From Bdellovibrionota bacterium (GTDB lineage: Bacteria > Bdellovibrionota_C > UBA2361 > JAAYZI01), in contig JBMNIF010000001.1 of the NCBI GenBank assembly GCA_050950765.1, positions 352,001 to 416,000 on the forward strand: a stretch of 64,000 nt of DNA, given 5' to 3'. Position numbers and translations under genes: made by a program. Positions 30,644-41,980 of this stretch are shown here, piece by piece. Every line of letters begins with the position of its first letter. The first letter of the stretch is position 1. Below the pieces are notes generated by a model. It was given only the letters and a program-made list of their open reading frames with translations. It had not been told where the DNA came from and did no database searches.

Positions 30644-31402
30644 GTGACGTCTGCTAAGCGAGAGAGTCCGGACGATATTGCATTGGTTGAACGTGCCAAG
30701 CACGGTGATAAGGATGCCTATAAAATTCTCGTTGAAAAATATCAGAAGAGGGTTTTCTCGATAGCTTATGAAGTGACGCGCTCTTTTGAGGATGCTGAGG
30801 ATGTGGCGCAAGAAACTTTTGTTAAGGCTTATCTTTCACTGCGTAATTTTAAAGGGGAGTCCTCTTTTTATACTTGGTTGTATCGCATCGCTTATAATAT
30901 GTCGATTGATGTTAGGCGTCGTTGTAGTAGACGTGGTAGTCATGTTGAGTTTGAAGAGTCAGAATCTGCTGCTGCTTATGTAGCGAACTCAGCAGGTGGA
31001 GCGGCTTTTGTTGAGCCTGTTACGGCGTTGGCTCGGAAGGAAGAGGCTAAAAAAATCAGTGCGGCATTGGAGAAACTTTCGGAAGAGCATCGTGCTATAA
31101 TTCTCTTGAGGGAAGTTGAGGGGCTTTCTTATGATGAGATAGCGGAGACGTTGAAGATTCAAAAAGGCACAGTTATGAGTAGGATCTTTTATGCACGTAA
31201 GCAGTTGCAAAAATCGTTGATTGATCTTGCTCCAAACTTGGGGAAGTCTTTAGAAAAGGGAGGTGCTGCTGACTGTGAAAGGGTTTTAATGAGTGATGAT
31301 TTTGTAAAAAAAGAAGGTTGTAAGGAAAAATTGAATAAAAATAAGGCGATATACGTCAATGCAGGGAGTGCAAGGAGTGAAGTCGGAGTGGGGAACTTAT
31401 GA
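30644..31402 (+). CDS. ECF RNA polymerase sigma factor (RpoE-like)
   Basis: DAEDVAQETFVKAY, FYTWLYRIAYN, LSYDEIAETL..GTVMSRIFYAR; start uncertain (ORF open from 30581). Confidence 0.92.
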   Translation: MTSAKRESPDDIALVERAKHGDKDAYKILVEKYQKRVFSIAYEVTRSFEDAEDVAQETFVKAYLSLRNFKGESSFYTWLYRIAYNMSIDVRRRCSRRGSHVEFEESESAAAYVANSAGGAAFVEPVTALARKEEAKKISAALEKLSEEHRAIILLREVEGLSYDEIAETLKIQKGTVMSRIFYARKQLQKSLIDLAPNLGKSLEKGGAADCERVLMSDDFVKKEGCKEKLNKNKAIYVNAGSARSEVGVGNL

Positions 31403-32145
31403 AAAACGAAGATTTCGAATTAACTGACAAACAGAAAGTGTTATTGCAACGTTTTTTTGATGATGAATGTGTCTTTCTTACTAAGTGGGCAGCAAGGAAA
31501 CTTATTAGAAACAATGAGTCAGCACGATCTTATATAGCTGATTTGCAACGAGTAAATAGTGCGCTTTGTCGTGACTTTGAAGATGTTGAAAAGAATTATA
31601 AAGTTGACCTATGGGAAGGTGTTGCTCGTAGGATTGAACAGGAAAATAGGGCAGCGATCTTTTTAGGAGAGCGGAAGGAGGGTACTGAAAAACGACAGGT
31701 TAGTAATTTTTGGTGGAGCTTTTCAGGAGTTACTGTAACTATGGCGGCGGGGGTGGTTTCTTTTATGTTAGCAAGTCAGCCGACGCCTCCTTCTTTTGAA
31801 CAAGATCATTCGCCTAATCAGCCGCAACTCTTTAGCACTCCACTTAATGGTGCAGCTCCCAATATTGCTAATGTTTCATTTGGGGATACTTCCGACAACT
31901 CTTTTCAGAGACCGTTACACTTTGCTGATGATTCTGCGGTGGAGGTTGATTGGATTAAAAGTGATGGTAGAGTTTCTCTTATTAGGGGACGATCTCCTAA
32001 ATCTTCAATTATCTGGATTAAGCGTAACAGGCGGAATGATGATCCATATTTAGAAGAGCGCCTTTTGCAGAAGAAGATTAATTCAGTGCCGATTATGAGC
32101 GACGATTTGCCGATTACAATTCCGGGGACTGAGGGGACTGAGTAG
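31399..32145 (+). CDS. Putative single-TM anti-sigma factor
   Basis: Overlaps the sigma stop codon; FFDDE N-terminal motif, DLWEGVARRI, one TM helix. Confidence 0.7.
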   Translation: MKNEDFELTDKQKVLLQRFFDDECVFLTKWAARKLIRNNESARSYIADLQRVNSALCRDFEDVEKNYKVDLWEGVARRIEQENRAAIFLGERKEGTEKRQVSNFWWSFSGVTVTMAAGVVSFMLASQPTPPSFEQDHSPNQPQLFSTPLNGAAPNIANVSFGDTSDNSFQRPLHFADDSAVEVDWIKSDGRVSLIRGRSPKSSIIWIKRNRRNDDPYLEERLLQKKINSVPIMSDDLPITIPGTEGTE

Positions 32146-32506
32146 AGAAGAACCGAAAGGGGTGTGTAAGGTGTTTAAGTGTTTTTTTGTACTGGTCAAT
32201 CTGTTTTGTTTAACGTCGTTGGCGTTAGCTGATGCTAAAGATCGTGATGTGTCATTAGTTGTTAGAATGATTAAAGCCAGTGGGGTTATGGAGAAAAAAT
32301 CAGTGTCGTTCATGAGTGGATATTTACCGATTGCGATTCTGGGGACTGAGTAGAGAAGAACCGAAAGGGGTGTGTAAGGTGTTTAAGTGTTTTTTTGTAC
32401 TGGTCAATCTGTTTTGTTTAACGTCGTTGGCGTTAGCTGATGCTGAAGATCGTGATGTGTCATTAGTTGTTAGAATGATTAAAGCCAGTGGGGTTATGGA
32501 GAAAAA
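32080..32506 (+). repeat. ~210-bp tandem duplication of a gene junction
   Basis: 32140-32297 matches 32348-32506 with one mismatch; 32080-32139 is echoed in degenerate form at 32297-32347. Confidence 0.9.
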
Positions 32507-32846
32507 TAGAGATCACCACTCTGCTCCTGAGATAGATGCACGCCTTGATGATATAAAGATAAATTTGGAGCAGTTGCCGTACAGGAAGTTCTCTTTTATT
32601 TCTACAATTGAGGTTCCTGTGGCTATGCGAAAACGAAAAACGATTCGTTTACTAGGGGCTAATGTTTTGGATGTTAGGCTTCTTTATATTGATAAAGATA
32701 AAACGGGGATGTGGGTGCAGTGGTCAGATAAGGAAGGATCTGAAGTGCTGGATTCGAGGCTGCATTTTTATAGCGGGGAGTCCGTAGTAGTCGGAACCGA
32801 TGCCACAGATGACGCTGCTTACATTTTGGCATTAGGAATAAAATAA
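32370..32846 (+). CDS. Exported hypothetical protein, third gene of the ECF operon
   Basis: Signal peptide ending ..TSLALA; a truncated duplicate of its N-terminus lies at 32162-32353. Confidence 0.75.
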   Translation: MCKVFKCFFVLVNLFCLTSLALADAEDRDVSLVVRMIKASGVMEKNRDHHSAPEIDARLDDIKINLEQLPYRKFSFISTIEVPVAMRKRKTIRLLGANVLDVRLLYIDKDKTGMWVQWSDKEGSEVLDSRLHFYSGESVVVGTDATDDAAYILALGIK

Positions 32847-32969
32847 AAGTTTGTCCTTGGTCGTTAAAGACCTAGCTGATCCTCTCTGCAATTCAGCCCG
32901 CTCAATTGTCCCTGAAGGGCTGGTAGCTTAATTGTAAGAAGATAAAAATGATTTTTTTGCTAAAAACCC

Positions 32970-32996
32970 TAAAGCAATTCTCTAAAATGCCGTTAG
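32970..32996 (+). promoter_or_regulatory. Sigma28(FliA)-like promoter
   Basis: TAAA-N15-GCCGTTAG against consensus TAAA-N15-GCCGATAA. Confidence 0.45.
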
Positions 32997-33007
32997 CTAT
33001 ATTTAGA

Positions 33008-33295
33008 AGGGGGATTTCTCCCTTACCGGGAAAGGGCGTTTACAACGCTCAGGCAAGGCGGTCGTGCGGTCTTTAGTACGGGCGTGCTTCTTTAGTCTGA
33101 CGGTCTTCCGTTAAGAGTTAATGATGCAACGAGTTTGTATCAGGAGCTATTCGATAGTCTCTCCGGTAGGTTGAGCGTTGAAGGCGGGAGTAAAACGGTG
33201 CACGGGCTTTATTGTAATGCATTAAGTTGGGTGCAACGTGTTAGGCGGAGAAAGGGGCATTGCATGTTGAGAACGTACGGTCGCCTGCTTTTTTT
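33008..33295 (+). ncRNA. Candidate rod-shaped structured RNA (6S-like or novel)
   Basis: Nested helices rich in G-U pairs from 33057/33285 inward, central bubble, T7 tail, no ORF, GC-richer than flanks. Confidence 0.6.
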
Positions 33296-33498
33296 GTAGC
33301 TAAATCTTCGAAATGCTTGAATAATAAATTTTTACCGACGATTTTTTATGTTACTTAATTTATAAAGTAACATTCCAGTAAGAGTCTCCAATTAAAAAAT
33401 TAATAATTAAATTTCTGTCACCTTAATTATTATCGGATGGGTCTAGTTTTTCGTTGTCAACAAGGGTCAATAAAAATAAAAATAGTTTGAGAGGAATT

Positions 33499-34140
33499 GG
33501 TGCCACCCTTCAGTGGCTGGGATGGTGTTAGAAAAAGAAAAGAAGGGTGGCACCAGTTTTTTAACCTCCATAGAGACCTAACCGATCCCGCTTTTTACTT
33601 GCAGCCCGTCCTAGTGTCCCTGAAGGGTGGCACCAGTGAGCAGGGCTAAAGGTGGGTGTCCTAATTGGGGTTTAAAGGCTACAAGAAGGGTGGCACCAGA
33701 TCTAGCTAGCCGAATTTTGGTTTTTTGTTTGAATTTAGCATGTTAGAAGTTAAGTTGTTGAAATATAAGGGGAGGCTCTAAGACTGACGAGAATGTAATG
33801 AAGGGTGGCACCAGATTTTTAACCCCCGTACGAATCTAGCTGATCCCGCTTTTTAGTTGCAGCCCGTCCTAGTGTCCCTGAAGGGTGGCACCAGTGACAA
33901 GCCAGTGGACAGGGCTAAAGATGGGTGTCCTAATTGGGGTTATGAAGGGTGGCACCAGATCCGGTCACCAGATTCAGCTAGCCGAGTTTTGGTGTTTTTA
34001 AAGTTAAGGTATTGAAATATAAGGGGAAGTTTTAAGACAGATGAGAATGTAATAAAGGGTGGCACCAGTTTTTTAACCCCCGTAGAGACCTAACCAATTC
34101 GTTTTGCAGTTGCAGCCCGTCCGATCGTCCCTGAAGGGTG
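33499..34140 (-). repeat. Mosaic repeat array
   Basis: ~8 cores, mostly GGGTGGCACC on +; GGGTGTCCTAATT modules; IHF-like TAAGTTGTTGAAAT. Confidence 0.9.
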
Positions 34141-34220
34141 GGGGTAGTGACAGGGTTAAATTTGTACAGCGGCGGAACTGATTAGTTGTGTACCGGAACT
34201 TTTGTTGGCAAACGGCATTA

Positions 34221-34236
34221 TGGCACGGTGTTTGCT
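34221..34236 (+). promoter_or_regulatory. Sigma54 promoter (-24/-12)
   Basis: TGGCACG-GTGT-TTGCT, an exact consensus match, upstream of the Flp pilins. Confidence 0.75.
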
Positions 34237-34740
34237 ACAACAGTAAATTGTAATTTGCTGGTGGTTGATGCTTTTAGCGGAAGCTACTTGGCAAAAGAGG
34301 CAAATATCTTTGTAAGAGAAGAAAGATGCCTTTTTAGAGATGGTGTTTTATTGAGTGGGTGACTTCTTATAATTATTAGCGAAGTGTCAATAAAAATGAG
34401 TCGTTTGCTCTTTAAATTTCATCTTTATAACGCACGGGCGGCTCCTAAATATTCATCTGAATATATGTAGGGGGTTTTTAGCTGCTTACTTACGGTTGTT
34501 TGTGTTGTGATGCTTCTCTGTTTTTAGGAAGATTTTTATTAAGTTCTTAATAAAAATATCCGTTGTACAGAGGTGCTGATGATGCTAAACAACTTAGCAA
34601 AGTTAAAGATTTTTCTACTTATGAAGTTTTGTTGTGTCGCAGATGATTGTTTTTTTAGATTGGTTTTCACTCTTAAAAAACAATATTTTGGTGTTTCGTT
34701 TGTGTTTTATCCTAAAAATTAATTTTTTGGAGGTTTAGTT

Positions 34741-34959
34741 ATGTCTGAGAATAAAATGATTGAAGAGCTTCTGGAAGTTCAGGAAGAGAAAAGAGAGAAG
34801 GGTGCTACTATGGTTGAGTATGCAATTATGGTTATCGTTATCTTCGTAATTGTGTATGGTGGAATGAAATTTTTTGGAACGAGTATGAGTGCAACGTATT
34901 CTCAAGCTGGTACAACCCTTGAAACAGGTAAAAATCAAATCGCGAGTGTTACATTTTAA
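34741..34959 (+). CDS. Flp/Fap type IVb pilin
   Basis: KG|ATMVEYAIMV processing motif, hydrophobic helix, GGAGG RBS. Confidence 0.9.
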   Translation: MSENKMIEELLEVQEEKREKGATMVEYAIMVIVIFVIVYGGMKFFGTSMSATYSQAGTTLETGKNQIASVTF

Positions 34960-35118
34960 ATTTTATAGCAAGGCTGCTTTCTTAATGAAAGCAGTCAATT
35001 TTTTATGCAGAGGGGATATCTATTATCCTCTTTGCTATCTCTAGTGATAATGCTTTTGTGTTAATAGTAGCGCTCTACTCTGGTTGCTTTTATTTTGATT
35101 TATATTGAGGGAAGCTAG

Positions 35119-35322
35119 ATGCTTGAAGAAGATAAGGTTAAAGATTTGGAAAGTTGCAAAAAAACACGCGGCGCGACTATGGTCGAGTACGCTGTAATGG
35201 TGATTATAATTTTTGTAGTTGTCTTTGCTGGTGTTAAGTTTTTTGGACAGAACTTAAGTGGACTCTTTAGTGCTTACGGACAAAAATTGGGAGAAGCAAA
35301 AGATGCTGTTAGTAAAACGTGA
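35119..35322 (+). CDS. Flp/Fap type IVb pilin (paralog)
   Basis: RG|ATMVEYAVMV motif. Confidence 0.9.
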   Translation: MLEEDKVKDLESCKKTRGATMVEYAVMVIIIFVVVFAGVKFFGQNLSGLFSAYGQKLGEAKDAVSKT

Positions 35323-35661
35323 TTGTGTTAAAATGTTATAATCAAGTCTTGAACTATCGCTTAGTAAGGGGGTGTGTCTCTTTTACTAAGCTTTGCTCTG
35401 TGCTTTAAAAACTCGTGTAACCCTTAAAAAAACAGTACTACAGAAGGTAGAGTGTTTTATCTGTAATGTTTTCTGTTCCCTTGCTTAATTTATTTATTGT
35501 CTCATGCTTAAATTCTTAAGCGTTTTTATAACCCGAGCAGCTTTTTTAAATTGCTAGAAACTGTTTGCTAAGTTCACTCTATAAGTGATTAGTTTTTATG
35601 AATAAAAAAATCTTAAAAGTGTTAAAGATACAGCTTGACAGTATTTTTATCAAAGGTAACC

Positions 35662-37192
<1,531 letters not shown>

Positions 37193-37307
37193 GAAGATAA
37201 ATTTTAGGGTGGAGAATAATAAATTTCTCGTTGTCGTGTTGTTGTTTTACAAAAAATCTTAATGGACTTATTTTCGCTTTAGCTGGTTTTAGCAGCTGTT
37301 TTTTTAG

Positions 37308-37547
37308 CCTAAACTTTCCCCCTCTACGTATGTTAAGAGGTGATATTATTAATAAGACGCAACTTATTCCTTTCTCTAGATATTTTGCTGCATAATCAGG
37401 GGTAGTTTGTGTTCTTTCTCATACCTAAAAATACGTATATCAAGGCAGTAAAAAAGTTAGCCCTTTTTTTGTTAATTTTAAAAAAAATTCTATCGGTTAT
37501 AACAATATTGCTACTTTATAATTATGCAAATCACAGAAAAGTTTGGG
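37308..37547 (-). mobile_element. 240-bp MITE / internally deleted derivative of the IS1634-like element
   Basis: Ends CCTAAACTTT...AAAGTTTGGG; TSD TTTTAG at 37302-37307 and 37548-37553; homologous to 11944-11973 and ~13295-13508. Confidence 0.9.
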
Positions 37548-37760
37548 TTTTAGAGGTTTAAAAAAATGTCCGCTCCTAAATCGGCTCAGGGCGTGGCGGG
37601 GATAGGTAGGCATAGTTATTCAAGTGCTCTTTTTTCTTCTTCAAAAAGAGGGATTTTTTGGAAAAAAGAGGATATTTTATAGTTATTGTGCTTGGTTTAT
37701 TGACCTTTTTTAGGGGATTTGATACTAAGTGCCATCCATTACTATTAGAGTTGATGGTAT

Positions 37761-37837
<77 letters not shown>

Positions 37838-37955
37838 GTTTTGACAGCCGTTTATCTTTATAGGCGTTTATGTTTATGGGAGTTGCCTCATTTGCATAGG
37901 GTGCGCGAGGTGATATATATCGGCTTGTAGATTTATTTATTTATTAAGGTGTAAA

Positions 37956-38156
37956 ATGCCTAAAATTAAAACAAATCGCCTTGCTCATAAGAAGTATAGG
38001 GTGAATCCAAACGGATTTGTAAAAAGAAAACAGGCCAATAAGAGTCATAACACGGCGAAGAAGACACCAAAGAGAAAAAGGAATCTTCGTGGTTGGGTCG
38101 CAGTTCAGAAGGCTGATAAAGGTGCCGTAAAGAGACTTTTGCCGTACGCTTGGTAG
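37956..38156 (+). CDS. rpmI: 50S ribosomal protein L35
   Basis: MPKIKTNR..HKKYR...KRKRNLR...LLPY; precedes rplT. Confidence 0.95.
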   Translation: MPKIKTNRLAHKKYRVNPNGFVKRKQANKSHNTAKKTPKRKRNLRGWVAVQKADKGAVKRLLPYAW

Positions 38157-38192
38157 TCGTTCGGTCGTAAATTTTAACGGGAGATATTACAG

Positions 38193-38546
38193 ATGAGAGT
38201 TAAAGGTGGTGTTGTAACAAGAAGGCGGCATAATAAAGCTCGTCGTTTAGCGCGCGGTTTTTTGGGACGTCGTAAAAATTGTTATACGTTTGTTAAGCAA
38301 GCTGTCGAAAAATCAATGCAGGATGCTTTTGTCGGACGTCGTCAAAAGAAACGCGACTTTCGTCAGTTGTGGATCGTGCGTATCGGTGCTGCTGCACGTT
38401 TGACTGGCTTGAGTTATAGCAAGTTTATGTGTGGCTTGAGGCGTGCGGAGATCTCTTTGGATCGCAAGAGCTTAGCCGATCTCGCTTTAAGAGATCCTGC
38501 TGCTTTTGCTAAGATTGCAGAGAAAGCTAAGGCTGCTTTAGAGTAG
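38193..38546 (+). CDS. rplT: 50S ribosomal protein L20
   Basis: [32 protein letters not shown]. Confidence 0.97.
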   Translation: MRVKGGVVTRRRHNKARRLARGFLGRRKNCYTFVKQAVEKSMQDAFVGRRQKKRDFRQLWIVRIGAAARLTGLSYSKFMCGLRRAEISLDRKSLADLALRDPAAFAKIAEKAKAALE

Positions 38547-38572
38547 GCTATCAATGTATAAGTATAACTGAT

Positions 38573-38611
38573 AATATCCGTAGTCGGTTTTGATATCGGC
38601 TGCGGATATTT
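38573..38611 (+). terminator. Terminator after rplT
   Basis: AATATCCGTAGTCG/CGGCTGCGGATATT stem. Confidence 0.6.
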
Positions 38612-38735
38612 AGTATCTAGAGGTGCTTGATGTGTTTAGCTTATTGAAGCTACCAATAAATACCTCCCCATTCGATTCTAAAGTCAGTTAAGCTAAAGTC
38701 AGGTAAAAGACAGTTTCACTTTTTTATTCTACTCA

Positions 38736-39242
38736 ATGGTGCCGCTTATGGCTGAAGCGTTGCTTTCCATATCTTTTTTGGATCTTAATGCTGCCGATAG
38801 GATGCAAGAGATAGAGGCAGCTTCTGGTGCTCCGAGCCCTTGGAGTAAACAACTTTTTTTAAATGAGTTTTTAAATACCACATCAAAGATCTATGGTGCT
38901 GCACTAGAAGGTGTTGGAGTTGTTGGGTTTTTAATCGTACATCTTGTTTTAGATGAGGCAGATATCTCTAATTTTGCGGTGTTATCACAATTTCAGGGGC
39001 GTGGTATCGGACGCGCTTTGTTGCAAAAAATGATAGATGACGTTCGTGAGGGTGGTGCTAAGGTTGTTACTTTGGAAGTTCGTGAAAATAATATAAGTGC
39101 AAGGCATCTTTATGAGAGTCTTGGATTTGAGGTCGTTTCAGTCAGAAAAGGGTATTACACAGATACAGGCGAAGCAGCTATCTTAATGAATCTTACCTTA
39201 TCAGAGAGTTTTTACATTCACAAAAAAGACACCCACTTTTAG
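38736..39242 (+). CDS. rimI: Ribosomal protein S18 alanine N-acetyltransferase
   Basis: PWS, QGRGIG, TLEVRENN..ARHLYESLGF...RKGYY; the last residues read into a repeat core. Confidence 0.93.
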   Translation: MVPLMAEALLSISFLDLNAADRMQEIEAASGAPSPWSKQLFLNEFLNTTSKIYGAALEGVGVVGFLIVHLVLDEADISNFAVLSQFQGRGIGRALLQKMIDDVREGGAKVVTLEVRENNISARHLYESLGFEVVSVRKGYYTDTGEAAILMNLTLSESFYIHKKDTHF

Positions 39243-40030
39243 TCGGTTTTAGTGCCACCCACCAGTAAGACGTGATCTGGCGGAAAACTGGTGCCACCCT
39301 TCAGGGACGATCGGACGGGCTGCGACGGCAAAACGAGTCAGCTGGGTCTGTACGGAGGGAATTTACTACCACTCACTAGGGACGATTGAGCGGGCTGATA
39401 TTAAAAAGAAAGTTAGTTAGGTTTTCACGGAGGTCAAAAATTTGGTGCCACCCTTCAGTGCAGATTTTAGCTTAAAGGGATGAAGTCTTTAAAATCAATA
39501 TGTTAGCATTTAACTGAAAGTGGCTAGTTTTGGTGCCACCCACTAGGGACAGCACTCCTTCAGGGACAGCTGAACGGGCTGAAGCTGCAAAGCGGATCGG
39601 CTAGATCTTTACGGGGGTAAAAAGTGGGTGTCCTAATTGGCAGCAGGGCTTTGGAGTTGGTGCCACCCTTCAGTGCAGATTTTAGCTTAAAGGGATGAAG
39701 TCTTTAAAATCAATATGTTAGCATTTAACTGAAAGTGGCTGGTTTTGGTGCCACCCACCAGTAAGACGCGGAGGGAATTTACTACCACCCACTAGGGACG
39801 ATTGAGCGGGCTGATATTAAAAAGAAAGTTAGTTAGGTTTTCACGGGGGTCAAAAATTTGGTGCCACCCTTCAGTGCAGATTTTAGTTTAAAAGGATGAA
39901 GTCTTTAAAATCAATATGTTAGCATTTAACTGAAAGTGGCTAGTTTTGGTGCCACCCTTCAGGGACGGCTCTTCAAGGACGGTTGGACGGGCTGCAACTG
40001 CAGACGAGTCGATTAGGTCTGTACGGAGGA
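39221..40030 (+). repeat. Mosaic repeat array
   Basis: ~8 GGTGCCACCC cores; a module containing AATCAATATGTTA (IHF consensus) occurs three times. Confidence 0.92.
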
Positions 40031-40123
40031 AGGGGCTCCGTCAGGTATGGGTGAAGTTAGCTATATTTAATGAATCTTGCCTTATCACCATAGGTTGACT
40101 ATGCTACCCCGCCTTCGTGTCGT

Positions 40124-40152
40124 TTGCCCAAAATAGTTCAATTTGCTATACT
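40124..40152 (+). promoter_or_regulatory. Sigma70 promoter for carD
   Basis: TTGCCC-N17-TATACT. Confidence 0.55.
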
Positions 40153-40331
40153 CCCTTCAGCTGAAGGGAGCGTTGAAGTGATTCTTTTATGTATTTCAAC
40201 GGGGAGATTCCCATCAACGGTGCTAGTCTAAATTTTCTCCTTGTCCAGTTAGTCAATGATAGATGTGCTTACCGCAAGGCGAACATCTTATTGTTACTTT
40301 ATCTCGGATTTGGAATATCAGCAGGAGCAGA

Positions 40332-41012
40332 ATGAGTACAAAATCCTCTATAAAGCCGCAAACAAAAAGTGCGTTAACTGCCTCCGTGAGAAATATCATC
40401 ACGAAAGCCAATAGTAAAAAAAGAAATGGGATCGCTGCCAAGAAGGTTGCAGCTAAGGCAACCAAAACTAACGGCACCGTCGTCCCGATGTGTAGACCTA
40501 TTGTGCAACAAACGGCGGTCGATTTTAAAGCCGGTGATATGGTTGTTTATCCTGGTCATGGTGTCGGAAAGATAACTTCTTTAGCTGTTTCAAAGATAGG
40601 CGGCACAGAGCATAAATTTTTTGAGATCTCTTTTGGTGAAGATTCCAGTAGCAAGGGGATGATTATTAAAGTTCCTGTGGCGCAAGCGCAGACCGTCGGG
40701 TTGAGACGTATTGCCGATAAAAAGGCGATAGACCAAGTTTATAATATACTGAAAGACCGTAAGTGTAAGGTCGATACTCAAACGTGGAATAGAAGGTTCC
40801 GTGAGTATTCACAAAAAATTAAAACAGGATCTGTGTTTGAGATTGCAGAAGTTTTGAGAGACCTTTCGGTGTTGAGTAGTGATAAAGAGCTTTCTTTCGG
40901 TGAAAAGAGGATGCTTGATACGGCGCAAAATCTCCTTGTAACGGAGATATCTGTTGCTAAATCAAAAACTCAAGAGAAGGTTATCGGCGAAATTCAGGCT
41001 CTCTTTGCTTGA
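40332..41012 (+). CDS. carD: CarD/CdnL transcription factor with a basic N-terminal extension
   Basis: FKAGDMVVYPGHGVG, TWNRRFRE, IAEVLRDL, LSFGEKRML; start at MSTKSS after AGGAG (uncertain). Confidence 0.92.
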   Translation: MSTKSSIKPQTKSALTASVRNIITKANSKKRNGIAAKKVAAKATKTNGTVVPMCRPIVQQTAVDFKAGDMVVYPGHGVGKITSLAVSKIGGTEHKFFEISFGEDSSSKGMIIKVPVAQAQTVGLRRIADKKAIDQVYNILKDRKCKVDTQTWNRRFREYSQKIKTGSVFEIAEVLRDLSVLSSDKELSFGEKRMLDTAQNLLVTEISVAKSKTQEKVIGEIQALFA

Positions 41013-41055
41013 GTTATATAGAAAAAAGGCTCTAATCAAATTTAAAAGATTATCT

Positions 41056-41097
41056 AAAAAAGTGATGGCTGCTAAGGGTGTGGTCATCACTTTTTTT
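41056..41097 (+). terminator. Intrinsic terminator after carD
   Basis: AAGTGATGGC/GTCATCACTT stem followed by T7. Confidence 0.7.
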
Positions 41098-41132
41098 GTG
41101 TAATAATTAAACCTTTTTTAAGTAATATTTGA

Positions 41133-41822
41133 ATGATTCCTGTGCATGTGATTATACCAGCTGCAGGGAGCGGCTCCAGAATTGGTGCTGATCTTCCTAA
41201 ACTGCTACTGCCGTTAGCAGGGGTGCCTATCATCGTCAGGACGGTTAGATCTGTTTTGCAGTGCGCAGATGTTACAGATGTAATTGTTACGGCTCCAGCT
41301 GGCTACGAAGGTCATTATCGGAATTTATTACAAAAAGAAAAGGTGCAGGTCGTTACGGGCGGAGCTTCACGCACGGAGTCAGTTTTTATAGCGTTACAAC
41401 ACCTTGCTAAAAATATTAAAGACCCTGAAAAAGAGTTGGTGATGGTGCACGATGGGGCGAGGTGTTTTATCTCGTTGGATATTATAGAGAGGTCTCTCGC
41501 GGCAGCTTCTGAAAAAAAAGCCGTAACCGTAGCCGTTCCTGTGATAGATAGTATAAAAAAGGTCATAGATACTGCTCAAGTTGTAGAATCGTTAGATCGT
41601 TCAACTTTAGTAGCGGTACAAACGCCGCAAGTTTTCACCTTTAATCTTTTAATGCGTGCACACCTTAAACAACAAGAGTCAGGTTCACCCGCAACTGATG
41701 ATGCTTCTCTTGTAGAGTCAATACATCCAGTTTTTACAGTCGAAGGAGATAGAAAAAATTTCAAGGTCACAACTCCTTTTGATCTGCAGATAGCAGAGTT
41801 TTTAGCTGCTCCCAATAAATAA
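41133..41822 (+). CDS. ispD: 2-C-methyl-D-erythritol 4-phosphate cytidylyltransferase
   Basis: PAAGSGSR, VHDGAR, QTPQVF, TDDASL and NFKVTTP motifs. Confidence 0.96.
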   Translation: MIPVHVIIPAAGSGSRIGADLPKLLLPLAGVPIIVRTVRSVLQCADVTDVIVTAPAGYEGHYRNLLQKEKVQVVTGGASRTESVFIALQHLAKNIKDPEKELVMVHDGARCFISLDIIERSLAAASEKKAVTVAVPVIDSIKKVIDTAQVVESLDRSTLVAVQTPQVFTFNLLMRAHLKQQESGSPATDDASLVESIHPVFTVEGDRKNFKVTTPFDLQIAEFLAAPNK

Positions 41823-41980
41823 TCACTATCTGCTAAAGATAAAGGAGGCAATAAAAGGGGCACTCTGCCCTTAAATTCATGATATTATCTTACTTTTTTA
41901 ATTCATTTATCGGTATTATTTAACATAAGGTAAGATCTAAGAGAGAGTAATAAGAGGTGTAGTGTCATTTTTTATTAAAA

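Noticed and set aside
33008..33295. SRP RNA, tmRNA, RNase P RNA or c-di-GMP riboswitch
   Set aside because: Lacks the SRP helix-8 CAGG..GNRA..AGCA motif, tRNA-like ends, GAGGAAAGUCC and the GEMM consensus.
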